Assembly (NCBI GenBank): GCA_951406725.2
Contig: OX597820.1
Location: 58,652,001-58,716,000, forward strand
Origin: Octopus vulgaris
Lineage: Eukaryota
Reading direction: 5' to 3'
Length of the DNA stretch: 64,000 bases
Under the pieces are notes generated by a model. It saw only the letters and a program-made list of their open reading frames with translations. It searched no databases and was not told the DNA's origin. A program made the translations under genes and the position numbers. Below are positions 1 to 12,850 of the stretch, piece by piece. Numbering within the stretch: the first letter of the stretch is position 1; the number at the start of each line of letters is the position of its first letter.

Positions 1-496
1 CATAAAATAGGATTTGACTACACCTCCATTTAGAGCACAGTTTAAGATATCTTTTCGCGGAAGAAGGTTTATGTTCCTATAACCTGTGTTAATTCTGTAG
101 CCCTTTAAAATGGAAGATAAGAAAGTTCATTTTCGGCACTTGATGCTTTGGGAACCAGACAAAAATTGTTGCAGATCGGCTGGGATGTGTTACCCCACCC
201 TCCATATTTACCAGATATTGTTTCTTCGGATTTCCATTTATTCAGGTCTCTGCAGAATTGTCTTAATGGTAAAAATTTCAATTCCTTGGATGACGTAAAA
301 AGATACCTTGATTAATTCTTTGCCATGAAACCACTTCAATTTCTGGGAAGAGGGTATTTTCAAGTTGAAGGAAAGATAGAGACGCATTGTGCAACAAAAT
401 GCTTCATATTTGGTTGATTGAAAATGTAATGGCAAGTATTTATTGACCTTTTACTTTCCTTTAAAAATCGGTACGAACTTTCCGGACAACCCAATA
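1..496 (+). mobile_element. Internally deleted mariner transposon remnant
   Basis: MEDKKVHFRHLMLWE (mariner-type N-terminus) joined directly to the C-terminal LLQIGWDVLPHPPYLPDIVSSDFHLFRSLQN (YSPDLAPSD motif, degenerate); TIR-like end ...gaactttccggacaacccaa followed by TA. Confidence 0.8.
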
Positions 497-643
497 TGTT
501 ACACCGTTGGCTATTGTGCGCTGGTTTGCTACACTAGCTTCTGTCAAAAAGGGATCCTTGCTCTATATTACACACGCTTTTGTAAATCCTTCTTCACTTC
601 GCTGTGATTTGAAACTTTTATCCTCTGAATTCTTTCAATATAG

Positions 644-793
644 AAATATAGCGACACCGATTTCCTGTCTAGTTACAAGATGCTGGGTCTCGGACATCCA
701 GTTATTTTATCACAGACAGCAGCACACGTGTCAGGAGCTGCATATTACTATCAACGCAAAGATGTCCCTGAGGATACCTGGCCCGCAAATAAG
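644..793 (+). CDS. MMACHC: MMACHC/CblC-like paralog A, exon 3 (exons 1-2 lie upstream of the window)
   Basis: tag| acceptor at 641-643 and |gtcagt donor at 794; 50 codons [50 protein letters not shown], matching the CblC signature [20 protein letters not shown]; phase 0 at both ends. Confidence 0.88.
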
Positions 794-907
794 GTCAGTA
801 AAATTAACCTAATATACAATAATTTAACATTCTTATTGTCTGCTTTATTAAGCGTTAATGTTGTTGTCACTGTTATGCTTCTTGTTGCTGCTACTACTGT
901 TGTTGAT

Positions 908-1019
908 TTCTTCTTCTTCTTCTTCTTCTTCTTCTTCTTCTTCTTCTTCTTCTTCTTCTTCTTCTTCTTCTTCTTCTTCTTCTTCTTCTTCTTCTTCTTC
1001 TTCTTCTTCTTCTTCTTCT
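908..1019. repeat. (CTT)n microsatellite in copy A intron 3
   Basis: Perfect trinucleotide run. Confidence 0.95.
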
Positions 1020-1907
1020 AATCAGGACTCACGCCATTAGCCACAAAGAATAATCTCTAATTCGAGCCTACTCTAAGCTACTAAGAATTCGTGTGGCAAC
1101 TTGAAGATTCACCCACCACACGCGATAGACTGGCGGTTGCACGGGCGCGAAAGCTACTTTGTTATCCTCATTCCGTAAACGGTGGCTTTTAACAGGTGGA
1201 GAGCTGAACCATCCTGGGGTACAGAGGATTCGCAATCTAGATTAGGGTCTGAATGCTTACCACACCATAGTGGGTTACGCCATGGTTCCTCTGCTTTGTG
1301 AAGTAGGAAGAAAGAGTGAGAGAAAGTTGTGGTGAAAGAGTACAGCGGGGTTCACCACCCCAACCCAGCCGGAGCATCGTAGAGCTTAGGTGTTTTTGCT
1401 CAAGAAACACTCACAATGCCCGGTCTGGGAATCGAAACCGGCGTTCTTACGGCCGCGAGTCCGCTGCCATTGTGCCTACACTGTTGTTGTTGATGTTGCT
1501 GGCTCTTGCAGGCATGTTGTTCATTATAATGAACGATATTAATTTATTGAAGGTTGTTTTTGTTTTTTTATCTTTTACTTCTTACGGTCACTGGAATGCG
1601 GCTATACTGGGATACCAACTTGAACTATTTACTCGAACAAATTGATACTAGTACTTTTCTTTAAAGTCTGATACTTATTCTGCCGGCATCTATTGCCCAG
1701 CCCCTAGGTTACAGGGAAGTAAACAAACCAACACTGGTTGTCAAACGGTGGGTGGGCAACAAGCATAAATACATACACGTGATTGAGAGGGAATAGATCC
1801 AGCGGATCTTTACCTTTTGACTGACAGATTAAAAAAAAATTTTTTTTGTAACTAAACACTTTCAAACTGTAGGTCAAAAGGTAAAGATCCGATTCTGCAT
1901 TGTTTCA

Positions 1908-1941
<34 letters not shown>

Positions 1942-1988
1942 AGATAAAACTTACTATTAAATGGATGCGTGGCGCGTTCGATCATATG

Positions 1989-2028
<40 letters not shown>

Positions 2029-2158
2029 TACACACATACATGTACATGCCTACACTTTTAAATGAAGATAATTTCTATCGTTTTTACAACCACATATTTT
2101 TATAAGAAATGATTAATTTCTTTTTTCTTTTTCTTTTTACTTGCTCTATGTATTTCAG

Positions 2159-2527
2159 ACAATTTATGGTTTTGCTATTCATCCACGATATGGAGGCTGG
2201 GTTAGAATCCCAGGTGTTATCGTGTTTAAGAATGTTATGTTACCCAGCAACTTCACTTGTCTGACGCCTCCAGATGTCGTTCCGACCGTTGAGAAGAGGA
2301 TACAGTTGTTAAATGAAGTGAATAACGACTGGTCGAGTTGGAAATTTGCCGATATCATTCCTGTGGAGAAGAAATATACCCCTGAAGCCAAAAAGTACTT
2401 CTCCTCTTACGGTGAACAACGAGATAAATTATTGAAAGATATCAGCAAAAGATGTTATCGGTGGAAAATAATCAGATTGATACTAAAGTATCTTAAGAAA
2501 CTTTACCTTCGTTTCAAAAAGTATTAA
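2159..2527 (+). CDS. MMACHC: MMACHC/CblC-like paralog A, terminal exon 4
   Basis: Polypyrimidine tract and ttcag| at 2158; TIYGFAIHPRYGGWVRIPGV...PPDVVPT...NDWSSWKFAD...YTPEAKKYFS aligns to CblC ISGVCIHPRFGGWFAIRGV...WRDWTYRD...YSEEQKAYFS; stop ends at 2527. Confidence 0.88.
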   Translation, partial: TIYGFAIHPRYGGWVRIPGVIVFKNVMLPSNFTCLTPPDVVPTVEKRIQLLNEVNNDWSSWKFADIIPVEKKYTPEAKKYFSSYGEQRDKLLKDISKRCYRWKIIRLILKYLKKLYLRFKKY

Positions 2528-3859
2528 GCAAGGAGACACGTTCAAAAATTTTCTAGTGGAACACATCGTCGGAGAAATAAGAATGCGTTCTGAAAAGATA
2601 TCGATTTTTTCCGACCAAGATGTCTTGACTAAAACTTAAAACTTCACCGCTAACTCACGATAACTATATTTATAACTTCTGCATAAACTTATTATACATG
2701 CTATTTGCTAACATAGATTGTCACAATTTCCTAGATTCTGCTTTTCCAAGTTAAATTTTCCACCAAACTCATATCTATTGCTTTTGTCTTTGTTTTTGTC
2801 TTCTTTTTTACTTTTCATTAGTAGATTTCATATAAGCCAAATTAACTTTCTACATACATACATACATACATACATACATACATACATACATACATACATA
2901 CATACATACATACATACATTCATACATACATATATACATACATACATACATACATACATACATACATACGTACGTACGTACTTATATGCATACATACATA
3001 TATACATAGACACATACATACATACGTACGTACATACGTACGTACATACATATACATACATGCATACAAACATAAAGACACATACATACATACATACATA
3101 CATACATACAGACACTCATACGTGCATACATACATAACAGGCATATATATACATACATGGTGGCTGCCCCCTCGTTATCGAGTATGGCCATTGCATGAAG
3201 CTAAATCAATGTTGTTATCGTGCAATGCCTGTGCAAGAAGATTTTTTTTTAAGTGAGGAAAGGCTGTGCACTGAGTTAATCCCACTCACTAAGCAACAAC
3301 AGCCATAATCCGAAAAGAAGAACAAGTCAACATCATCGGTAACCACTGAGCTGCAGGTTTTATGTCGGAGTTATCCCAGTTACCTGAGTTACCTTCTCCT
3401 AGAAGGATGCCCTAACAAAGGCTAGGAGTCCTTCACTCCCAATGGTTTAACCGCGCGATCGGGTATTCAGTCCGATTATTTCTATGTCCCCGCGCATGAT
3501 ACAGCCTTAAGACATTTATTGGATGGCCGTTGACTCTCAAGAGTTCCTCCGCCCTTTGACGGGTTTTGTTTTTTATCCCGCAGAGTGTCCAATAAACACC
3601 CTCTTTACCAAGCAAGCTTGGTGGGGTTGCCGGTTTAGTCGCCGACGACCCGACCATGCAGCAGGTTGTACTGGGTTACATGTTACCAGTAGCACTCGAA
3701 AGTGACCAGACATATATATACATACATACATACATATATATAGAGAGAGAGCGACATACTTACATACAAACGTACGTACGTACATACATACATACATACG
3801 TACGTACGTACGTACTTATATACATACGTACATATATACATAGACATATACATACGTAT

Positions 3860-4333
3860 TACAGGAGAATACCAGAGGTCTGCACTGATCTTAGATCTTT
3901 TCATCATTTTCTTCTGTGAAAAATTCGTCGGTGTCAGTTTTTCTATGGAAGTTTGCCGTTGATGTCAGGATATTGCTGGTTTTAATGTCCAATTCTACAC
4001 AGAGAACATGTGTGCACGTACACCGCTAAATGAATATATAAATATAAAAAAGGAACAAAAAGCGCAATTGAGGATAATAAAATATTCGGACAGATAGACG
4101 ATACAAAGGGGTGTTGTGGTGTATGTACACAATAGCCCTACAACGTATCTGCTGTGTTGGTTCAGATACATTTGGGATACTTGACTGGTCTTTAGAGGAA
4201 ACCTGCTCTATAGACAATAAAATTGGACATTAAAACCAGTAATATCCTGACATCAACGGCAAACTTCCATAGAAAAACTGACACTGACGAATTTTTCACA
4301 GAAGGATGAAGATATCTAAGGTATTCTCCTGTA
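3860..4333. repeat. Local inverted repeat (about 110-130 bp arms, about 225 bp spacer); mirrored at about 62298-62770
   Basis: 3912 ttctgtgaaaaattcgtc...ttttaatgtccaatt is the reverse complement of 4221 aattggacattaaaacc...gaatttttcacagaa. Confidence 0.85.
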
Positions 4334-4714
4334 AATCCATACGCGTATCAATATCCCACGTCAACAAAGACCTGGAATAGAAACACTCTGCATACAATAA
4401 AAAGGTTATACTTGGATATGCTTCCTGCAAGCTTGGGGAGGATAATAATATTAACATGAACTGTAGCCTCTCTTGGTTATGCCTTTTGCAATCCAAAAGC
4501 AGGAGATAGCTGTAGAATGTCAAATGAACAAAGAGATGGTGAAGCCCTTAAACTCGCAAGATGCAAACGTAAATGACTATTGAACTATATTGCACATGTG
4601 CTAAGCAGTTGCCCAAAAATGTAATCTTTCGTATACATCACAGTCATATTCACATGCACATAAAGCACAAACAGTCCCTCTTCCATCCTTCCTTCCTTCC
4701 TCCTTTCCTTCATT

Positions 4715-4780
<66 letters not shown>

Positions 4781-5233
4781 TTACTCTCAATAATATTGAT
4801 AGATGGATAGATATGTATAAAGGGATCAATAAAGAAAATTAAAGACTTCACGTTCCGTTTTGTTTCTTTCATTTGAAAACAATTAAATGCCCACCACCAC
4901 CACCAAACATAATTATTTAAGACAGTTTCATTCGGCCCCGTGCGACTTCAAGTTTCGTAGGCTTCTTACAGAAACCTCATTTGTCGAGCTCAGTTAATTG
5001 AATGGAGAGATGCATGAAAATAATTACCAGCAACTTGGCAGCTATTGGTCAAGGGGAGTGTTATTTGAATTGAAAGCGATATTCCAGCGACACCAAATGC
5101 ATTAACAAGAAGATTTTGGACTTCGTGGGTGGACAGGAACCTGGTGGTGCCTAACTACCTGGCCGGTCTTTGAAGGGACTTGTGGAACATCAGATAAATG
5201 GTCGACAAAGATGTGTGTGTTTGTGTGTGTATG

Positions 5234-5279
<46 letters not shown>

Positions 5280-6008
5280 TGTACCATCTGCATGAGTGTG
5301 TAGATGTGAGTGCCTGATACCTATTCATGTGTATCTGTTAAGCGTGTGTGGGTGTAGAAGATGTGTATGTTTTTAAGCTAGCGTGTGGTTGAAAGCTTAT
5401 GGCATCCGTTTCTTGGTGCGTGTGTGTGTGTGTGTGTGTCAATACGTATCAACCATGTGTGAGTCCTCACATGCGTGAATATGCTGGTGTATGGTGTCAA
5501 GTATATGTATCACCTGCCTGTCAGTCACTTATATGTGTATAAATATGTGCGTATGTGTGCGTGCGCGCGCGCGTTAGTGCCTTCTGCATGAGCGCGTGTG
5601 CCTGTACGTGTTTAGGATGCATGGATGGGTGCGTGAGCGTGTGGGTGTTTGATGCACGTATGTAGTTTTGAGTATTTGTATGCGCATGTATGAACGTGTA
5701 CGGGTTTGTCAGGAAAAACGTATGCCTGATTGTGTTTTTATCTAGTGTGTGCATATATATGTATGCTTTTGATGTTTCTGTGTGCGAACAAGAAAGGCGG
5801 GAAAACCATACCTGCATAAATGTATATGTGTGTATGTGCGCACGCATCTACGTGTATGGAACCGAACGTATGTGGTTAAGGAGGATGCATAAGACTGGAA
5901 TGTATGCCTATGGTCTACTTATTCATTGCCGGTTATGAACCCTGTCCTTAGGTGTGAGGCAGTCAGAGTTGAGATGCAGCCATTGTTAAGGTGGTATATG
6001 TGGTATAA

Positions 6009-6225
6009 GGTGATGAATTGGCAGAATTGATAGCACGCCGGGCAAAATGCTTAGTGGTATTTCGTCTGCCGTTACGTTCTGAGTTCAAATTCCGCCGAGG
6101 TCGACTTTGCTTTTCATCCTTTCGGGGTCGATAAATTAAGTACCAGTTACGCACTGGGGTCCGTTTCTCTGTCCTTGTTTGTCCTCTCTGTGTTTATCCC
6201 CATGTGGGTAGTAAAGAAATAGGTA
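6009..6225 (+). mobile_element. SINE family 2 (ggcggcgagctggcagaatc... type); mirror at about 60410-60628
   Basis: B-box-like gagttcaaattcc and core gtcgactttgcctttcatcctttcggggtcgataaattaagtaccag, shared with many copies in the window. Confidence 0.85.
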
Positions 6226-6578
6226 TATGTAGGTTGTCAGCAGCAATAAGATGTTTCGTGTTTCCTGTAAATAAATACTGCAGGCTGGTAGAAAATATAA
6301 AGTCTTTCGCGGAGACAGAGCTAGAAATTGCGGACGCCGTGTAAGTATGGTAAATTCATGTCAATGACCATCCAATCGATGTTAGGGTTTCATTTTGGAG
6401 GTCACGATGTCCTCAGAGGAAACGAAACAGAGCTATGAAATTCTCTCTCTATCTCTACATCTAAGCAAATGCATATGTTGCATATACCTTCTCTTGAATT
6501 TATTGGCCTTCATGCCCGTGTAGTGCTGCTTCCTTTCGGATTCCCAGACGCTGCGTTTCTAGCAGTGTTTAGGCATAA

Positions 6579-6800
6579 GCGAACTTTAGGTTAGTTTAAA
6601 TATGTTTGCGACTTATTTCAACTTCGAAAGGCAAATTCACTGCAGTTACCGTGGTGAAAAATCTCTAGCACTGGACAGATATGGTGTTTTTACACCGTTT
6701 TATCATGTAAGAGATAATTTGTTTCCACAGTAACTGCAGTGAATTTGACTTGAAAAGTTGAAATATGTCACAAACGTATTTTAAATAATCTAAAGTTCGC
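6579..6800. mobile_element. Foldback/MITE-like element with about 75-bp imperfect terminal inverted repeats (partial second copy 7003-7135)
   Basis: gcgaactttaggttag...ttcactgcagttac pairs with gtaactgcagtgaa...ctaaagttcgc. Confidence 0.6.
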
Positions 6801-7139
6801 CTATATCTATTCACTGCTTGGCACCGACAACGACGAATTCCTTTCGACTTGGCGGTCTAATAGCGCAAATCATTCAATGTTGTTGACTGGTTTTAGTTAA
6901 AGCGACGACTTTAGAGGTGTCCAGAGTTACCTCTCTTCGATATTTTCCATTGACAATAGCTAAAAATCTCGAAGCGCAGCGCCTGGGAATCGGAAAGTGT
7001 GCAGCACTGGACAGATATGGTGTTTTTACACATTTTTTCTATAAGAGAGAATTTTTTTCGAACATTAACTGCAGTGAATATGCCTTTAGAAGTTGAAATA
7101 TGTAACAAACATATTTTAACTAACCTAAAGTTCGCATAT

Positions 7140-7196
<57 letters not shown>

Positions 7197-8232
7197 CATA
7201 TATATATATATGTTCATATCTGTGACCAGTTATAGGTGCATTTGTACCGTACCAAAGTCTTTTTCAGCACACAATAACTAAAATGACGAGATAATTGAAT
7301 TGGATAACTAGGTTAAGATAGCCGTATGATTATATGATACAAGGAGTATCTATATCAGAAGCTATTCCTGGATAAAATACAGGTGAGTGTTCTCTTGGCA
7401 GCTTGAGGAAGACCACGAGAAGGGTTAAGAATTGTTTGTCTTGAGGAAAACGTCATATCAATATTATTATTGCCGGTCATGTTAATATTATTATTGCCTG
7501 TCACGTTAATATTATTATTGCCTGTCACGTTAATATCGCCATTGCCTGATATAAAGCAGCTAGTTGGCAGAATCGTTAGCACACCGGGCAAAATGCTTAT
7601 CAGCATTTCACCCGTGTTTAGGTTCTGTGTACAAATTCTGTCAAAGTCGACTTTGTTTTTCATCTTTTCGAAGTCGATAAAACAAGTTCCCGTTGTGCAC
7701 TGGAGGTCGATGTGATCGACTAACCCACTCCCCAAATATTTCAGGCCCTGTGCCTATAGTTGAAAGGATTGTTATTGCTTGCTATAAAAGTAGCGAACTG
7801 GTAGAAAAGCGGCAATTTCGTTGAATCGTTTGCGCGACGGACAAAATACTTAATGACATTTCATCTGGCTCTATAGATTCTCAGCTCAAATTCCGCTGAG
7901 GTCGAGTTTACCTTTCATCTTTTCGAAGTCGATATAATAAGTACCAGCTGAGCACTGGGCTCGATGTAATCAACTATCCCCTTCCCTTAAAATAGCTGAC
8001 CTTGTGCCAAAATTTCATAAAATTGGTCATATCGACAGTACAAAGATTGTGTAGCTTTGCGAGCTGGACAAACATATTAATGAATGAAAATGAAATAGAA
8101 TGAATAAATGAGAGACGAAACCCAACACCCGCCGATTGGATTTTTCTCGAAAACATATTTTCTTTTTTTGAAAATCAATATGAGGTTTCAAACCTCTTAC
8201 AAGATGGAGGTACTAAAACCTCTTACAAGCTA

Positions 8233-9010
8233 CTTTATTTCATTTAATTTTCACAAGGACAACACATAAATTTACAACAATTCCCTTTGTCAGGTCCCCC
8301 AAGCAATGTGACTTGCCGCCTGCAGACAACTCTGCAACGACAAGTCGGGGCCTGCAAAGAGGAAAGCAAATTCTTTCTTGTCAAAGGTCGCTGTGACCTT
8401 TGACAAAATGTTTTCCGTTACTACCTCCGCAGCCACATGTGGTGGCCATATTGGACTACTTGGGCAGACTGAGTACACACGTTCTCGGTCACCCAAGCCG
8501 TCCAAAAATTTACTCACCTCGTGGTAAAGGAAGAGAAACACTTCCTCTTCACAGGAAGGGACCTCACACTGCTCCGTCAGTGGCACACTTCCCACTGACG
8601 GAGCCCTATCCGCAGGTGGCACACATCCCACCTGCGGCTCCGTCGGCGGCCCAGGAACATCCGCCGACCATCTTCTGCTCCTCTTTCTCCTCTTTCTTTT
8701 TGAGACTGCGGGAGCAGGGGGCTACGTCGACAGACGCGGGGGATCGCTACCCTCCTCCGCCGCCTGTACATTCTTTGGTGAGCAACCATTGTTGCTCACC
8801 TTTCTTTTTCTTTTCGTGGAGGCAACTTCCACTACGACTTCCACCGTCACCCCCTCCAAAGAAGGGGCGGCGAGCACTTTCTCTTTTTCATGCTGCAGGG
8901 CCTTACCACGGCCCTTGGTACAGTTCTTCCTGATATGGCCAGGCTCCAGGCATATGTATCACTTGGGGGAGGGGGCGTCCCTCAAGTATCACCGGGTACC
9001 TGTACCCGGC
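8233..9010 (-). mobile_element. GC-rich retroelement-like remnant (possible LINE ORF1 fragment); mirror about 55010-55790
   Basis: GC-rich island with broken ORFs (8290..8631) followed by aataaa on the minus strand; no diagnostic motif recognised. Confidence 0.3.
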
Positions 9011-10344
9011 CATTTTTAGGAAGCAAGCGACTAACCACACAGTCACTCCTAAAGACGAGAGGCTGGTCAAATAAAGTAATGACTCCTGAAAAGGTCTTCC
9101 CAAAGCCATGTGAATCATACAAGAAAAAAGAGATTCGACTTTTATTGCACAAGTGAACTAAAGAATTTTTTAAAAAAATTGTTGAAAAGGCGCCAATTTT
9201 GAAAAATGTGCTCGGTGGTGGTGGTGGTGGTGGGGGCTCCTAATGCTCCCCTGTTAGCTACGCCATTGAGTTGCCCAAAATGCGACGCAGTGAAACTGAA
9301 CCCAAAATCATGTGGTTGGTTAGCGAATTTCTCACTACACTGCCATGCCAGCACCTGGTTAATTGTGATTTTATATCTGTCAAGTGGAAGACAGATTAGT
9401 GTCTCAACACTTGGCGCCGTTCAACAATTTGGACCTGGAGATCTCCATTTCCAGCGACTTCGAGGGCCACCTCCCAGTGATGTCGGGCGTCAACGAAGAG
9501 CCCTCGACTACAACAAGACGACCAAAGTTTTTTTTTTCCAAGGTCTGGGGTCTCCCGCCCCTAAGCCCTAGACATCACCTAATCACCCTTACCCGTCTTG
9601 TTGCTTAACAACAACAACAACAACAACAACAATCAACACTTGGCTGGAAATCTTTGTTATTTGCTACAATTGGTTTAGAACAGACATGGGCAACATTTTT
9701 GAGATTTAGTCTGTATGAGACTGGACCATCACCAAACAAGCTGCAGTACTAAAAGGTAAGTCAAAGTAATTGTTCGTTGGTGTGTCATTCAGAAAGCCCT
9801 ACGGATCGCAGTTTGCCCATGACTGATATAAACACCAACGCTGGTGTCTCTACGGAGTTGTTCAAGCAATTACAAATAGCAGACAAATTTCTCTTGAAAT
9901 CGTACTCCACGGTCACAAAACAGTATACGTTATACAATCCTTTCTTACTTTGGCACAAGGGCAGTAAATTTGGAAGGGTAGAGGAGGTCGATTCCATCGA
10001 TCCCAGTGCTCAACTGGTACTTATTTTATTGCTCCCCGAAAGGGTGTGTTACGAAGAACACTGAATAGGTGAGATTAAATAAAATTTTTATCCTTCCCGT
10101 AAACACAAAGAAAATGCTGTCGTTACTACGAACGACAAAACATCGAGGGTTTTTCTTTTATTTGTTTCAGTCATTTGACTGCGGCCATGCTGGAGCACCG
10201 CCTTTAGTCGAGCAAATCGACCCTAGGACTTAGTCTTTGTAAACCTGGTACTTATTCTATCGGTCTATCTTGCCGAACCGCTAAGTGACGGTTGTCAAGC
10301 GATGTTGGTGGGGTGGCAAACATAGACACATAAACATAGACGCA

Positions 10345-10381
<37 letters not shown>

Positions 10382-11623
10382 TCTATCTATCTATCTACAC
10401 ACATATATATATATATATAAAGTTAATCCAAACAAGAAAGCACAAAAAAATACAACGCGAGGACGTGGAACAAATATAGTACTATTGGACGCTCAAGAAA
10501 GAAGGAGGGTTTAACGTTTCAAGCGGAGCTCTTCGTCGGAAACATAGGAGAAGGAAAAATCCAGAGAAGGGAAGACAGAGGAAAAAAAAATCGCCAGACG
10601 GGCTTCTTTCAGTTTCCGTCTACCAAATCCACTCACAAGACTTTGGTCGGCCCGCGGCTATAGTAGAAGGCACTGAACCCGGAACCATGTTGTTGGTAGC
10701 AAGCTACTTCCCACACAGCCACTCCTGCGCCTGTTTGAATATTATTGTTCTAGTTGTGATTGTAGCAGCAGTCACAGAGTGGTTAGTTAGTGTTGGTGTT
10801 GGTGTTGCTGTCGTCGTTTGTCATTGTTTAAGCTGCAGTCAGGTTGGGTCAGTAGTTGTTTTCTTCCGTCTACATCTGGTCTCTTGTGTCTCTCAATGCT
10901 CTCTATCATGTAGCTAAAGTGTTCTGAATTTATAGTGCTGGATAGGCTCAGAGAGAAAGGCGTGAAAAAATGGAATTGTGTTCTAGTCGTGATTGGTTAG
11001 AATTTGTTTTTTTATATATATAGTGGGTAATATTCTAGCGAATCGCAACATCAAGTGTAGTGCTGTGACTGCTACAGACCAAAGACAAAGTCGACCTCGG
11101 CTGAATTTGAATTCAGAACCCACAGAAAGGAGAAATGTCGCTGAACATTTTTTTCCGGAGGGCTAACGATTCTTTTCGCTCACCGCCTTAACTCACACGT
11201 TATATAATAGTATTAAATACTCTTAAAAAAAAAAAAAAAGTTTTAAAAATGACAAGCTATTGTTGGAATGTGTTTGCTCATAACTTTGCTATTAAAACTA
11301 GGTTAAATGCATTTCTTGTTGGCTGACAGACGAGCCTATCCCGAAGTAGAGTCTGACGTAAATTGTTTCTAAGAAAAATGAAAAAAAAAAAGGAAATTGA
11401 TACAATTGCAAATAAGTAAAAATGAAAGTTGCGTTTGTCAAGTAAACACTTATTCACGGAACAACTGACAGTTATCAACAAGTAATAAATAAATAAATAT
11501 CAGAAAAAGAACATAAGAAAACTGCTAACATATATTACAAATATGTAAAATGGAAATTTTAATCTACTTTATTCCATCTATCTATGTGTGTGTGTATGTG
11601 TGTGTGTGCGTGTAAATACATGT

Positions 11624-11663
<40 letters not shown>

Positions 11664-11684
11664 GTGTGTGTGTATATATATATG

Positions 11685-11737
<53 letters not shown>

Positions 11738-11774
11738 CATATATACATATATATACATATATACATATATACAT

Positions 11775-11833
<59 letters not shown>

Positions 11834-11889
11834 TATATACACATATATATATACACACACACACACAATACACACACACACACAACACA

Positions 11890-12098
11890 CAAGATGGCCA
11901 AAAAGTAGGTTTATAGTTATTAAACTATCTCTTTCGAATTCATATATAAACAGTTTAAATCTTCATTACAAAAAAAAATATGAGACCATTATTTTATAAC
12001 AATTTTGTTAATTGTAAAATAGAAATTTAAATGTCATAAAAGAAATGTATTAAAAGAAATTTAAAGTGCCTACGCGATAACTGTAAACCTACTTTTGC
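11890..12098. mobile_element. Small MITE (Tc1/mariner-type TIRs); mirror about 52934-53135
   Basis: caaaaagtaggtttatagtta ... taactgtaaacctacttttg inverted ends around an AT-rich interior. Confidence 0.6.
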
Positions 12099-12216
12099 AT
12101 ATATACACCCTTCAGCTGGGCGTAAGTGCGTTAATCCTACAGCGGCCGAGGTGACATATCACGTCGAGGTTTCGCCCAACTCGAAGCAGTTGGTAAACTT
12201 CATGTAGCTTTGTGTA

Positions 12217-12289
<73 letters not shown>

Positions 12290-12291
<2 letters not shown>

Positions 12292-12850
12292 TCGCTCAGT
12301 CGAAGTCGACTCTTGGTTACTCGTTGGATCAGTGTCCTCCAGTCAGTTCTATCCTGGGCCGCTTCTTTCAGATTGGCTATGTCCATTCCGGTATCCCACT
12401 TGATGGTGTCAAGCCAGCGGGTTCTTGGTCGGCCTCTTCCTCTCTTGCCACTGACCATTCCGAGCATGATGTCCTTCTCCAGGGATCTTCTCCGCATAAC
12501 ATGACCGAAATATGCCAATCTATGCTTGGTGATCCTAGCTTCTAGCGACATTTTCGGCCTGATCTGCTTAAGAACTTCTCCATTGGTGAGCCTCGCTGTC
12601 CATGGAATCCGCAAAAGTCTTCTCCAACACCAAAGCTCGAATGCATTAATTCTCTTCTGGTCAGCTTTATTTAGTGTCCAGGTCTCGCATCCATATGTTG
12701 CTATTTTGAAGACAATTGCATTCACCAACCTGCATTTGGTAGCGAGTCTGATGTCTCTACTCTTCCAGACCCTGCTCATGCTGACCATTGCCTCTCTGCC
12801 TAGTACTACCTGCCGTCTTATTTCTGGAGTGCAGTCACCATCTCGATTTA
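12290..12850 (-). mobile_element. RTE-clade LINE 3' fragment with (GATA)n tail
   Basis: RVWKSRDIRLATKCRLVNAIVF..YGCETWTL...FELWCWRRLLRIPWT...YFGHVMRR..GRPRTRWLD, typical RTE/BovB ORF C-terminus. Confidence 0.9.

Noticed and set aside
1804-1890. Short palindromic element ggatctttaccttttgac...gtcaaaaggtaaagatcc
   Set aside because: Internally deleted copy of a dispersed MITE-like repeat also seen near 31732 and 47530; no evidence for an ncRNA.
2718-3191. Many ORFs of the [16 protein letters not shown] type here and throughout the window
   Set aside because: Translations of (TACA)n, (TA)n, (CA)n and (TATC)n microsatellites; not genes.
5521-5938. ORFs identical or nearly so in both arms (e.g. 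5690..5938 and 60697..60945)
   Set aside because: Identity reflects the recent duplication, not coding constraint; low-complexity TG-rich sequence with no recognisable domain.
7455-7550. Short tandem 24-bp units (aatattattattgcctgtcacgtt) that could resemble a repeat array
   Set aside because: No spacers, eukaryotic context, and fewer units in the mirror arm; an ordinary minisatellite expansion, not CRISPR.
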